Below, in pieces: positions 29,511-42,389 of a stretch of 64,000 nucleotides of DNA. The DNA is from the human T2T-CHM13v2.0 reference genome, Homo sapiens. The notes beneath the pieces are model-generated. The model was given only the letters and a program-made list of their open reading frames with translations, was not told the DNA's origin and searched no databases. Both the position numbers and the translations under genes were made by a program. Position 1 is the stretch's first letter; every line of letters begins with the position of its first letter. Location: the NCBI GenBank assembly GCA_009914755.4, contig CP068257.2:2816001-2880000 (forward strand). The letters run 5' to 3'.

Positions 29511-29743
29511 AAGGCGGTCTTACTCTCTCACCCAGACAGGAATACAATATCATGGTTATAACTCAATGCAGCCTCAAATTCCTGGGAACTCAAGGAATAA
29601 TCTTACATCAGCCTCCAACTTCCTGAGACTACAGGAACATTCCACCATTCATGATTAATCTGTAAAAATATTTTTTACATATAGCTTCTCACAATATTGC
29701 CCAGGGTGGTCTCAAACTCCTAGCCTTAAGTAATTGATATGGT
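29511..29743 (-). mobile_element. AluJ-like element, 5' piece, split by an LTR insertion
   Basis: 'aggcggtcttactctctcacccagacaggaatacaatatcatgg...ccagggtggtctcaaactcctagccttaagtaattg'. The Alu resumes at about 30059-30120 ('cccttgccttagctttcaaagtagctggaattagacacaaatatcaatgtgcctggc'). Confidence 0.8.
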
Positions 29744-30058
29744 TTGGCTCTCTGTCCCCAACCAAATCTCATCTTGAATTGTAATAATCTCCACATGTCC
29801 TGGGAGGGACCCTGTGGGAGGTAATTGAATCATGGGGGTGGGATTTTCCCATGCTGTTCTCATGATAGCAAAAAAGTCTCACGTGATCTGATGGTTTTAT
29901 AAGTGGAGATTCCCCTGAACAAAGTCTCCTGTTTGCTCCAATAATTGTGAGACCTCCCCAGCCATGTGAAACTGTGAGGCCATTAACCTTTTTCATTATG
30001 AATTATCCAGTCTTGGTTATGTCTTTATTAACAGCATGAGAATTTATTAATACAGTAA
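29744..30058 (+). mobile_element. MaLR solo LTR, THE1/MST-like, inserted into the Alu
   Basis: Canonical start 'tgatatggtttggctctctgtccccaaccaaatctcatcttgaattgtaataatctccacatgtcctgggagggaccctgtgggaggtaattgaatcatggggg' and end '...tgtgaaactgtgaggccattaacctttttcattatgaattatccagtcttggttatgtctttattaacagcatgagaatttattaatacag'. A short TSD 'agtaat' is present. Confidence 0.8.
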
Positions 30059-30120
30059 TCCCCTTGCCTTAGCTTTCAAAGTAGCTGGAATTAGACACAA
30101 ATATCAATGTGCCTGGCTAA
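30059..30120 (-). mobile_element. remaining 3' piece of the split AluJ
   Basis: See the 29511-29743 entry. Confidence 0.7.
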
Positions 30121-30124
30121 AACA

Positions 30125-31245
30125 CCTAGCTTAAAGATGCTCATTCAGCTAAAGAAGAACATAGAAAGCTAAACAGAAAAAGAAAACAATTCATGAAGAT
30201 AATGAGATTATCAATGAAGTGATTAAAAGTACAAAATAGAAACATAAAGTGTGGAGCTGAAAAATAAAATACCTGAATTTAGAGATTCACTAGAAGGTCC
30301 AACAACTGGTTTGATCTAGCAGGAAAAAATCCAGCAAGCTTCATAAGAAGTCTTTTGAAATTATATGGTGAGGAGGGTAAAAATAATTTTAAAAATTAAG
30401 AAAGCCTAAGGGACTTATGGGATACCATTAAGATGGCCAATATACTTCTAATGGGAATTCTAAAATAAAAAGAGAGAAAAGAGAGCAGCAAAGTTATTTC
30501 AAGAAACAAACAGTGGCTGAGAACTCTCAAAATTTGAGGGAGAAAATGGCCTAAAATTTAATGAAACTTTACCAACTAGTAGCAACACAGGGAGACCCAT
30601 GACAAGACACATTTTAATCAGAGATTCAAATGTTAAAACACCGAGAATCTTGAAGTCAGCAAGAAAAAATGACTTAGCATGTACAATGTTACCCCTATAG
30701 GATGACCAGCAGATGTCTCAGCCAATAGCATGCAGGCAAGAGGTTGTAGGATGACATACTCAAAGTGCTGAAAAAAATGGCAAGTACCAACCAAGAACAC
30801 TATGTCTGCCAAAGCTATCATTTCAAATGAATTAAAAAATAAAAATAAAGAATATTCAAGATCAACGAAAACTGTATTAATTTATGCACGGTAGGCCTGT
30901 ATAAAAAAATGCTAGTCATTGACATTAAAAAATAAAATAATGATGAGAGCAACATAGAATTATGTAAAATATAAAGTTTTCTAACAGATAATTATGTACA
31001 CAATTATAATATTTTTGTTATTATAATGAAGATGCACAGAATACTTTTAATTCTGCTATGTAGTTGAGATAACAAAGACTTAAAAATGACTATATAACTG
31101 TGCCAATAGATTCACAATACAAAATGATGTAATTCGCGACATCAATAAAACACATAGGCAGCCATAAAGAGGCAGGGTTTTATATGCTATAGTAGTTATT
31201 TTTGGTAATATCTATAGTAACAACAAAGAAAATACCTATAGTACT
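30125..31245 (+). mobile_element. old L1 (L1M-like) ORF1 / inter-ORF region
   Basis: '...aagaaagcctaagggacttatgggataccattaagatggccaatatacttctaatgggaattctaaaa...gaaactttaccaactagtagcaacacagggagacccatgacaagacacattttaatcagagattcaaatgttaaaacaccgagaatcttgaagtcagcaagaaaaaa' parallels the L1 ORF1 C-terminal coding sequence. Confidence 0.65.
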
Positions 31246-31477
31246 TAGGATTTTGAGACTAGTCTGGGCAACATGGCAAAACCCTGTCTCTATGAAAAAT
31301 AACAAAAATTAGCCAGGAGTACTGGTGCACATCTGTGGTCCCAGGTACTCAGAAGGCTGTGGTGGGAGGATTGTTTGAGTTGAGCCTGAGAGGCAGAGCT
31401 TGCAATAAGCAGATATTGTGCCACTGCCCTCCAGCCTGGGCGACAGAGCAAGACCCTGTCAAAAAAAAAAAAAAAAA
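31246..31477 (+). mobile_element. Alu, 5'-truncated (forward) with A17 tail
   Basis: 'gagactagtctgggcaacatggcaaaaccctgtctc...agccaggagtactggtgcacatctgtggtcccag...ccactgccctccagcctgggcgacagagcaagaccctgtc' followed by A17. Confidence 0.85.
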
Positions 31478-31620
31478 GGAAATACCTATAATACACACAC
31501 ACAAAGACATACACACAGAGAGAGTAGTGAGAAAAGAAGTAAAACATGTCACTATAAAAATCAATAATACGCTAAGAAAGAGAACAAGAGAGAAAAACAG
31601 GAAATAATAGCTACAGGACC

Positions 31621-31926
31621 GGCCAGGAGCGGTGGCTCACGCCTGTAATCCTAGCAATTTGGGAGGCCGAGGTGGGTGGATCAACGAGGTCAGGAGATTG
31701 AGACCATCCTGGCTAACACAGTGAAACCCTGTCTCTACTAAAAAAAATAAACAAATAAAAATAAAAAAAAGCCGGGCATGGTGGCGGGTGCCTGAATTCC
31801 CAGCTGCTGGGGAATCTGAGGCAGGAGAATGGCGTGAATCCGGGAGGCGGAGCTTGCAGGGAGCCAAGATTGCACCACTGCACTCCAGCCTGGGCAACAG
31901 AGCAAAACTCCGTCTCAAAAGAAAAA
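31621..31926 (+). mobile_element. Alu, full-length AluY-lineage, perfect 12-bp TSD
   Basis: 'ggccaggagcggtggctcacgcctgtaatcctagcaatttgggaggccgaggtgggtggatcaacgaggtcaggagattgagaccatcctggctaacac...'. The diagnostic 'gagat(c/t)gagaccatcc' is present. The TSD 'agctacaggacc' lies on both sides. Confidence 0.95.
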
Positions 31927-32079
31927 GCTACAGGACCTAAAACAAAAAAGAAACAAAATTAAATAGAAAGTCATAGGAAATTATTCCCTTTTAGTAATGA
32001 TTTTTTATATATATAAATTATGTCAATCAAAAACATACTTTCACTAAATAAATTCATGAAACAAGATTCAACTCTCTGC

Positions 32080-33524
<1,445 letters not shown>

Positions 33525-33812
33525 GCTGGGTGTGGTGGCTCACACCTGTAATCCCAACACTTTGGGTGACTGAGACAAGTGAATCACAAGGTCAGGATAT
33601 CAAGACCATCCTGGCCAACATGGGGAAACAACGTCTCTACTAAAAATACAAACAAAAATTAGTTGGCGGTGGTGGCACATGCCTGCAGTTCCAGACACTC
33701 AGGAGGCTGATGCAGGAGAATCTCTGGAATCCGGGAGGCAAGAGTTTCAGTGAGCTGAGATCATGTCACTGCGCTCCAGCCTGGTGACAGAGAAAGACTC
33801 CACCACAAATAA
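33525..33812 (+). mobile_element. Alu (forward), TSD 'ataaactcaa'
   Basis: 'ggctgggtgtggtggctcacacctgtaatcccaacactttgggtgactgag...ctgcgctccagcctggtgacagagaaagactcc'. Confidence 0.9.
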
Positions 33813-33879
33813 AGAAATAAACTCAAAATAACTAATTTTTGGTAGCTATTAAAATGGAATTTATAATTTTATTTTTCAG

Positions 33880-34330
33880 ATAGTTCGCTATCATCATACA
33901 GAAAGCTACTACTGTGTTAATTTTCTGCAATGTTACAGAATTTGTTTAGTAGTTCTAATAGTTTTTGGTGTAGTGTTTAGAGTTTTTCACATATAAGATT
34001 ATTTTGTCCACAATCAGAGACCATTTGACTTCATCCTTTCAATTAGTATGACTTTTATTTCTTCCTCTTGCCTAATTTCCTTGGCTAGGACTTCCAGTAC
34101 TATGTTGAATAAGAGGGCTGAAAGTTTGGACGATTTGTCTTGTTCCAGATCTCAGAGAGAAAGCTTTCAACTTTTCCTTATTCAGTATAAAGTTAGCATT
34201 GCTTTTTCATAAATGGCCTTTATTGAGTTAAGGCACATACCTTCTATTCCTAACTTGTTGAGAGTTTTCATCATAATCAAGGCTGAATTTCATCCAATTC
34301 TTCTTCTGCATATGCAAAAGCTACAAAAAT
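33880..34330 (-). mobile_element. inverted L1 ORF2 fragment
   Basis: 'ggacttccagtactatgttgaataagagggctgaaagtttggacgatttgtcttgttccagatctcagagagaaagctttcaacttttccttattcagtat...' is the reverse complement of the L1 ORF2 region encoding '...SNRSGERGHPCLVP...'. Confidence 0.6.
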
Positions 34331-34719
34331 GAAAATACTTAACGTGATGGCTAATACAGGGTCTCAAATTGATTGGATTGGAGGATAGAAAGCATTGATC
34401 CTGGGTGTGTCTGTGAGGGTGTTGCCAAAGGACATTAACATTTGAGTCAGTGGGCTGGGAAAGGGAGATCCACTCTTAATTGGGTGAGCACCATCTAATG
34501 AGCTGACAGTGAATATAAAGCAGGCAGAAAAACGTGAAAAAGAGAGACTGGCCTAAGCTCCCAGACTACATCTTTCTCCTGTGCTGGACACTTGCAGTCC
34601 TCAAACATCAGACTCCAAGTTCTTCAGCTTTGGGACATGGACCGCCTCTCCTTGCTCCTCAAACTTGCAGACAACCTATTGTGGGATCTCATGATCTCTC
34701 TAGGGAAGCCCAACTAATA

Positions 34720-36415
34720 CACCTAGCAACAAACTTAACTAAAAAGGTAAAAGATCTCTACTCTGAAAACGACAAAACATGGATAAAAAATATAAAATAC
34801 AAATGAATAAATAAAAAATATTGTGTTTATACACTGGAAGAATACTGTTGATATAGCTACCCAAAGTGATCTACAGACTTAATGTGATTTTTATCAAAAT
34901 ACCAATGACATTTTTTCACAGAAATAAAAAAATTTAAATTTATATGGATCCACAAAAAACTCTGAATAGACAAAGCAACTTTGAGCAAAATAAGCAAAGC
35001 TGAAGGCATCACTTCATCAAACTTCAAAACTTGCTATAAAGCTACAGTAACCAAAACAGCACTGTACTGGCATAAAAACAAACACATAGACTAATGTGCC
35101 CAATAAGCCCGGAAGTTAATTTATGCACCTAAAGCCAACAGATTGTCAACAAAATTACCAAGAACACACTTTAGAGAAAAGCTAATCTCTTTAATAAATG
35201 GTGCAGGGCCATTTAAATATTTATATTCAGAAAAATAATACTAGACCCTTGTACCTTGCCATATATGATAATCAACTAAAACTAAAGACTTAAATGTAAT
35301 GCCATCAATTATGAAACTATTAGAGAAAAACATAAAAAAATGCTTTATAACATTGGACGGTGAAAGGATTATTAAAATAAGATTTCAAAACATGGGCAAC
35401 AAAATCAAGAATAAACAAACAACATTATGTCAAACTAAAATGCTTTTTCATATTAAAAAAACAACTAAAAGTTTGAAGAGACAGCTTAGGCGATGACAGA
35501 AAATGTTTTCATATACATGTGACAAAAGGCTAATATTCAGAATATATAAGAAACTTTAAAATCTCAAAATAAAATACACTTATAATCTAATTTAAAAAAT
35601 GCAAAAGATCTTAATAGATGTTTGTCAAAAAGAGATACAAAAATGGCTAACTGGAACACAAAAAGATGCTCTACATTACTAATCACCAAGGAAATGCAAA
35701 TCCAAACTGCAATGAAGTACCACCTCATTCCCATTAGAATGGCTATAATAAAAATAAATAAATAAATAAATCAAGAACTAATGAGGATATAAAAAAGAGT
35801 GGATGTATACCTTGTTGGTGGAATTGTAAATTAGTATGGCCATTATAGAAAATAGTATGGAGGTTTCTGAAAGAAATTAAAAATATATCTATTATATGAT
35901 CCAGCAATTTTACTTCTGGGTGTATATCCAAAAGAAAGGATATTACTGTGTCAAAAAGATATTTGCATTCCCATGTTCATTACAGAACTATTTATAATAG
36001 CTTATATATGGAATCAATTCAAATGTACAGCAACAGATAAATGGATAAGGAAAATGTACTATATATACACAGCGAAATACTATTCAGCCATAAGAAAGCA
36101 TAAAATTCTGTCAGTTAAAAAGAGCATGGATGAACCTTGAGCATACCATGTTAAGTAAAATAAGCCACACAGAGAAACACAAATACTTTATGATCTTATT
36201 ATCTCACTCATTTGAGGAACCTGAAAAAAAGGGTTGATAGAAGCAAAGAGTACAACAGGGGTTACCAGAGACTGAAGCAGGAGGATGGGAAAAGGTTGCT
36301 TCACAGGTATTGTGTTATGATTAGATAGGGGAAATAAGTTTTTGTTTTTTATTACACAGTAGAATAATAATAATTAATGAAAAGTTATCTCATATTACAA
36401 AATAGCTAAAAGAGA
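34720..36415 (+). mobile_element. old L1 (L1M-like) ORF2 3' half to 3'UTR
   Basis: '...gatctacagacttaatgtgatttttatcaaaataccaatgacattttttcacagaaat...gcaaagctgaaggcatcacttcatcaaacttcaaaacttgctataaagctacagtaaccaaaacagcactgtactggcataaaaaca...ccaaggaaatgcaaatccaaactgcaatgaagtaccacctcattcccattagaatggctat...' is colinear with L1 ORF2. Confidence 0.8.
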
Positions 36416-36712
36416 CCAGTTTTGGTGGCATATTCTCGCAATCCATACATTTTGGGAGATTGAGGTAGGAGAATCACTTGATGTCAGAAGTTCAAGATGA
36501 GCCTGGACAACATAGTGTGACCCCGTCTGTATGAAAAATTAAAACATTAGCCAGGCATGGTGGCAGCTTCCTGTAGTCTCAGCTAATTGGGAAACTAAGG
36601 TTAGAAGACTGTTTGAAGTTACAGTGAGCTAGGATTGCACCACTGCACACCAGTCTGGGTGTTAGAGCAAGATCCTGTCTCTAAAATAATTAATACATAA
36701 AGATAAAATAAA
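36416..36712 (+). mobile_element. Alu (AluJ-like, forward), TSD 'aaatagctaaa'
   Basis: 'ccagttttggtggcatattctcgcaatccatacattttgggagattgaggtaggagaatcacttgatgtcagaagttcaagatgagcctggacaacatagtgtgaccc...'. Confidence 0.85.
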
Positions 36713-37310
36713 ATAGCTAAAGAAGGAGCTTTTGAATATTCTCACCACAAAAATAACAAATGCATGAGGCAACAAATATAGAAGTACTGATTTTTATTGT
36801 TATACAACACATATATATAATTGTTTCCCCAAAATATGCACAATTACATGTGTCAATTTTAAAAAATGAATGAAGACTATAATGTAAAACCTATAGCTGT
36901 AAAATTCCTAGCACAATACAGAAGGGTGAAGCTTCATTACAACTGGTCGTGGCAATAATTTGGGGGACGTAGCATCAACGGATGAGACAACAAAAGCAAG
37001 GGAATACACATGGTACTGAATCAGTGTATGAAAAATATCCCAAACAGACAAAGCAGAACATGGAATAGATATATGCACATTGTAGTATTACTCACAAACA
37101 TGTTACCTGGAAGCAAATGTACCCTTAAGGATGAGTAGATTCAGCAAACAGGGCACGTACAATCACTGGGATAGCATTCAGCCTTAAAAATAAGGAAATC
37201 TTGAAAAGTACTACAATAAGGACAAATCTTCAAAACATTCTGTTAAGTAAAATAAGACAGTCAAAAAGGAAAGCTGTATAATTACACTCATGTAAAATAT
37301 TTAGTCAAAG
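36713..37310 (+). mobile_element. L1M 3'UTR remainder
   Basis: AT-rich sequence contiguous with the preceding L1M and interrupted only by the Alu. Confidence 0.5.
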
Positions 37311-37867
37311 TCAAAGAAACCAAGTGTCGTAGTCTCAGCAGTGCACCAAGATGTAACAGTCTCTCGTAGTCTGAGATAACATCCAGAGTTCTTTGTTCTA
37401 CCTCTAAGGAGATTAAGGAGCGTGAACACAAAGGTGAGGTTGGAGTGAAAGTTTAAGAAGCAAGAGAAGAAAGCTCTTTGCCAGCAGAGATAGGTATCTG
37501 AAAGTGGTGCCCTCTACGAGGCTGGGTCCAGGGTTTTTATGGACTGGGAAGGGAAGGATATGTGCCTAGTTCACAGGCTGTCTTGAAAAACGTGTGGCTC
37601 AGCTTGGCCCAGGCCTTTGGCCCGGGATCAATCAGGAGCTGAAGGGATGATTGATAGATGCTGCTTAGCTTGGCCCAAGACTTATCAGAAGCTAAGGTGA
37701 AAGTTTGGCCAAGGAGCTTGGCCCGGGAGCAATCAGGGGCTGAAGTAATTATTCATAGAGGTCAGACTTACAGTCCAAATAAAGGAGAGTGTCGACCGGA
37801 ATGCACCAGATCCCACAGTGCCCATGCCAACAAAAAGAGAAGGAACATTTTCCTGGGAGCCCACTGA

Positions 37868-38243
<376 letters not shown>

Positions 38244-38889
38244 AAACAAAGGCATTTCTATGCTAGGTCGTTCTTGTTCCTTTATCTGAGTGAGCTGGAG
38301 GTTTCTACAAGTTTTTATCCAAATGGGCCAGAGGTTTTTCTATCTGTGCAGCCACGGGCATGTCTCCAAGCACAACAACATATGCTAGTTCCCTTGTTAG
38401 TGTCTGCAGCTTGATTTTTTCCAGGCTTCTTTATATGTTATGCAGGGATGAGGCACTGACCAGGGACTTTCCAGGGACTCTTCTCTTGCTATCTACCTAA
38501 GGCAAGCTAACTAACTTCTTTCATAAGTAATGAGTATTCACTTTTACTTTTGTAAGACACAAATTATCTAAAACCTACTGCAAAACAATAGAACTATACT
38601 AACCACTTCTAAACCATATACTTAAAATGTCAGAAATGACAATGGCATGTTTTTAACTACAATTAGAAATTTAAGACTAACTAAAAGGCACAGTTAGAAA
38701 ATCTTTCAAACATCACCTTCAAATAACAAAGGGTTCTTCTCACACAATTAAATGGATTTAAACTATATGTTGATTGTAAATTTAAGATTATTTCCCTGAT
38801 GACTCACCAAGATAGAATAAAATAATCACTGGAAACCAAGAAAAGAGGGAAATTTATAGCACTAATGTCCACATCAAAAAGATAGAAAG

Positions 38890-39190
38890 GGCTGGGTGTG
38901 GTGGCTCATGCCTGTAGTTCCAGCACTTTGGGAGGCTGGGGTAGGCAAATCACTTAAGGCCAGATGTTCAAGACCAGTCTGGACCACACAACAAAACCCC
39001 ACCTCTACAAAAAAAATTCAAAAATTAGCTGGTTTTTGTGATGCACATCTGTAATCCCAGCTACTCAGGAAGCTGAGACAGCAGAAATCACTTAAAACTG
39101 AGAAGTGGAGGTTGCAGTGAGCGGAGATCATGCCACTGTACTCCAGCCTGGGTGACAGAGTGAGACTCTGCCACAAGAAGAAAAAAAAGA
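38890..39190 (+). mobile_element. Alu (forward)
   Basis: 'gggctgggtgtggtggctcatgcctgtagttccagcactttgggaggctggggtaggcaaatcacttaaggccag...ctccagcctgggtgacagagtgagactctgcc'. Confidence 0.9.
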
Positions 39191-39194
39191 GAAA

Positions 39195-42100
39195 CTAGAA
39201 GATCTAAAATTAACAGCCTAACATCTTGATTAAAAGAACTAGAAAACCAAGTGAAAACTAACCAGAAAGGTAGCAGAAAACAAGAAATAACCAAGATCAA
39301 AGTAGAGCTGAGGGAGATAGAGACACTGAAAACTCTTCCAAAAAAAAAAGTCAACAAATCCAGGAGCTGTTTTTATGAAAAAAATTAATAAACTAGATGG
39401 AACACTAGCTAGGCAAATAAATAAGAAAAGAAAGGAGAACCAAACACAATTAGAAATAATAAGGGAGATATCATCACTGATCCCATGGAAATATGAACAA
39501 CAATCAGAGAACACTATAAACATATGTATGCACATAAACCAGAAAATCTAGAAGAAATAGACAATTTCGTTGCAAAATAAACCCTCCACAAGACTGAACC
39601 CTGAATAGATCAATAATGTGTTCTGAAACTGAGGCAGTAAAAACTAGCCTACCAAGCAAGCTGAATTTGAGCAGAGGTACAAAGAGGAGATGGTACCTTT
39701 TCTCCTAAAACCATCCAAAAAAAATTGAAGACAAAGAAGTTCTCTCTAACTCATTCTATCAGGCCAGCATCATCCAGATACCAAAACCTAACATAGATAC
39801 TACAACAACAACAACAACAACACATCATGCCAATGTCTTTGGTAAACACTGTGCAAAAATCCTCGATAAAATACTGGCAAACCAAACCCAGCAGCACATT
39901 AAAAAGTTCATCTGCAACAATGGAGTTGGCTTTGTCCCCAGGATGCAAGGTTGATTCAACATATGCAAATCAATAAATGTGACTCATCACATAAAGAGAA
40001 CTAAATACAAAAACCACATGATTATCTCAATAAATGCAGAAAAAGCATCCAATAAAATTCAGCATTCCTTCAGGTTTAAAATTCTCAGTAAACTAGGAAG
40101 TGAAGAAGCATATCTGAAAATAATAAGAGCCTTATACAACAAACCCACAGCCAATATCATACTGAATGTGCAAAAGCTGGAAACGTTCCACCTGAAAACT
40201 GGCACAAGAAAAGAATGCCCTCTCTCACCACTACCATTCAATATAGTATCAGAAGCCTTGGCCAGGAAAATCAGGCCAGAGGAAGAAATAAAGAGTATTC
40301 TAATAGAAAGAAAGGAAGTCAAATTATCTTTGTTTGCAGATGACCTGATCCTACATCTAGAAAACCTCATTGTCTCAGGCCCAAAGCTTCTTAAGGTGAT
40401 AAGCAACAGTAGCAAAATCTCAGGATATAAAATCAATGTGCAAAAGTAGCTAGCATTCCCATACACAAACAACAGGCAAGCAGGGAGACAAATCATGAAT
40501 GAACTTTCATTCACATTTGCTACAAAGAGAAAAAAATACCTAGGAATACAGCTAAGAAAGAAAGTGAAGGACCTCTTCAAGGAGAACCACAAACAACTGC
40601 TCAGAGAAATCAGAGTGGACACAAAACAGATGGAGAAACATTCCATGCTCATGGAGAGGAAGAATCAGTATCATTAATATGGGCATATTGCCCTAAGTAA
40701 TTCATAGATTCAATGCTATTCCCATTGAACTACTGACATTCTTCAGAGAATTAGAAAAATAAAAACTTTTAAAGTTCATATGGAACCAAAAAAGAGCCCA
40801 AATAGCCAAGCCAACCTTAAGAAAAAAAAAAAAAAAAGCTGGAAGTGTCACTCTACCTAACTTCAAACTATACTAGAAGAGTACAGTAACAAAAACAGCA
40901 TGGTACTGGTATAGAAACAGACACATAGACAAATGAAACAAAGTAGAGAACCTAGAAATAAAGCCAAAACCCTACAACAACCTGATTTTTGACAAAGTCA
41001 ACAAAAACAAGGAATTAGGGAAATGTCTCCCTATTCAAAAAATGGTGCTAGGAGAACTGGCTAGCCATATGCAGAGAATTTAAACTGGAACCCTTCCTAA
41101 CACCATATACAAAAATTAACTCAAGATGGATTAAAGACTTAAATGTACAACCCAAAACTATAAAAGCCTTAGAAGACAAAATCTAGATAATACCATTCAG
41201 GATATAGGCATGAGAAAAGACTTTATGACAGAAAGGCAAAAAGCAATAGCAACAAAAGCAAAAATTGACTAATGGGGTCTAATTAAACTAAAGAGCTTCT
41301 GCGGAGCCAAAGAAACTATCATCAGAGCAGACAACCTAGAGAATGGGAGAAAAATTATGCAACCTATCCATCTCACAAATGTCTAATATCCAGAATCTAG
41401 GAGGAATTTAACAAAATTTACAAGAGAAAAAAAAAAGGCCCCATTAAAAAAGGGTCAAAGAACATGAACAGACATATCTCAAAAGAGGACATACATGTGC
41501 CCAACAAACATGAAGAGCTCAACATCACTGATAACTGGATAAATACAAATCAAAACCATAATGAGATACCATCTCACACAAATTATAATGGCTATTAATA
41601 AAAAGTAAAAAAAAAAAAAAACAGATGCTGGCGAGGTTGTGGAGAAAAGGGAACACATTTACACTGTTGGTGGGAGTGTAAATTATTTCAAGCATTGAAG
41701 AAGAGAGTGTGGAGATTCCTCAAAGACCTAGAAGCAGAAATACCGTTTGACCCAGCAATACCATTACTAGGTATACACCCAAAGTAATATAAATAATTCT
41801 ATTTTAAAAATACATGTATACATATGTTCATTGCAGCACTATTTACAATAGCAACATCATGTAATCAATCTACATGCCCATCAATGATACACTGGATAAA
41901 GAAAATGTGGTACACATACACCATGGAACACTATGAAGCCATAAAATGTAATGAGATGATGTCCCTTGCAGGGACATGGTTGGAATTTGAAGCTATTACT
42001 CCCAGCAAACTAATGCAGGAACAGAAAACCAAACACCACCTATTATTATTCTAACTTATTAGCAGAAGGAGATCAATGAGAACACATGGACACATCAGGA

Positions 42101-42353
42101 AGAACAACACACACTGGACACCTGTTTCATGGCATGGGGGAGGGGAAGGAGAGCAGCAGGAAGAATAGCTGCGGATACTGGGCTTAGTACCTGGGTGATG
42201 AGATGATCTGTGCAGTAAACCACAGTGGTACGCATTTATGTATGTAAGAGACCTGCATACTCTGCACATGGACCCCTAAACTTAAAATAAAAGTTGAAAA
42301 ATAAACTTTATCACATATGGACCCCTGAACTTAAAATAAAACTTGAAAAAAAA
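39195..42353 (+). mobile_element. LINE-1, 5'-truncated in ORF2, through 3'UTR and poly(A). The last roughly 37 bp are tandemly duplicated
   Basis: ORF 39979-40449 reads '...[20 protein letters not shown]...[21 protein letters not shown]...[14 protein letters not shown]', the L1 reverse transcriptase. The 3' end reads 'acatggacccctaaacttaaaataaaagttgaaaaa' and is repeated as 'atatggacccctgaacttaaaataaaacttgaaaaaaaaa'. Confidence 0.9.
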
Positions 42354-42389
42354 ATGTGTTTCTGGTGGATTCTCTATGTTAGACCCAAA

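Noticed and set aside
39979-40652. ORF 39979-40449 (+, 156 aa) and the 197-aa antisense ORF 40059-40652 (-)
   Set aside because: The plus-strand ORF is L1 ORF2 RT ('[11 protein letters not shown]'). The minus-strand ORF is a chance antisense frame in AT-rich L1 sequence with low-complexity Leu/Phe/Ser content.
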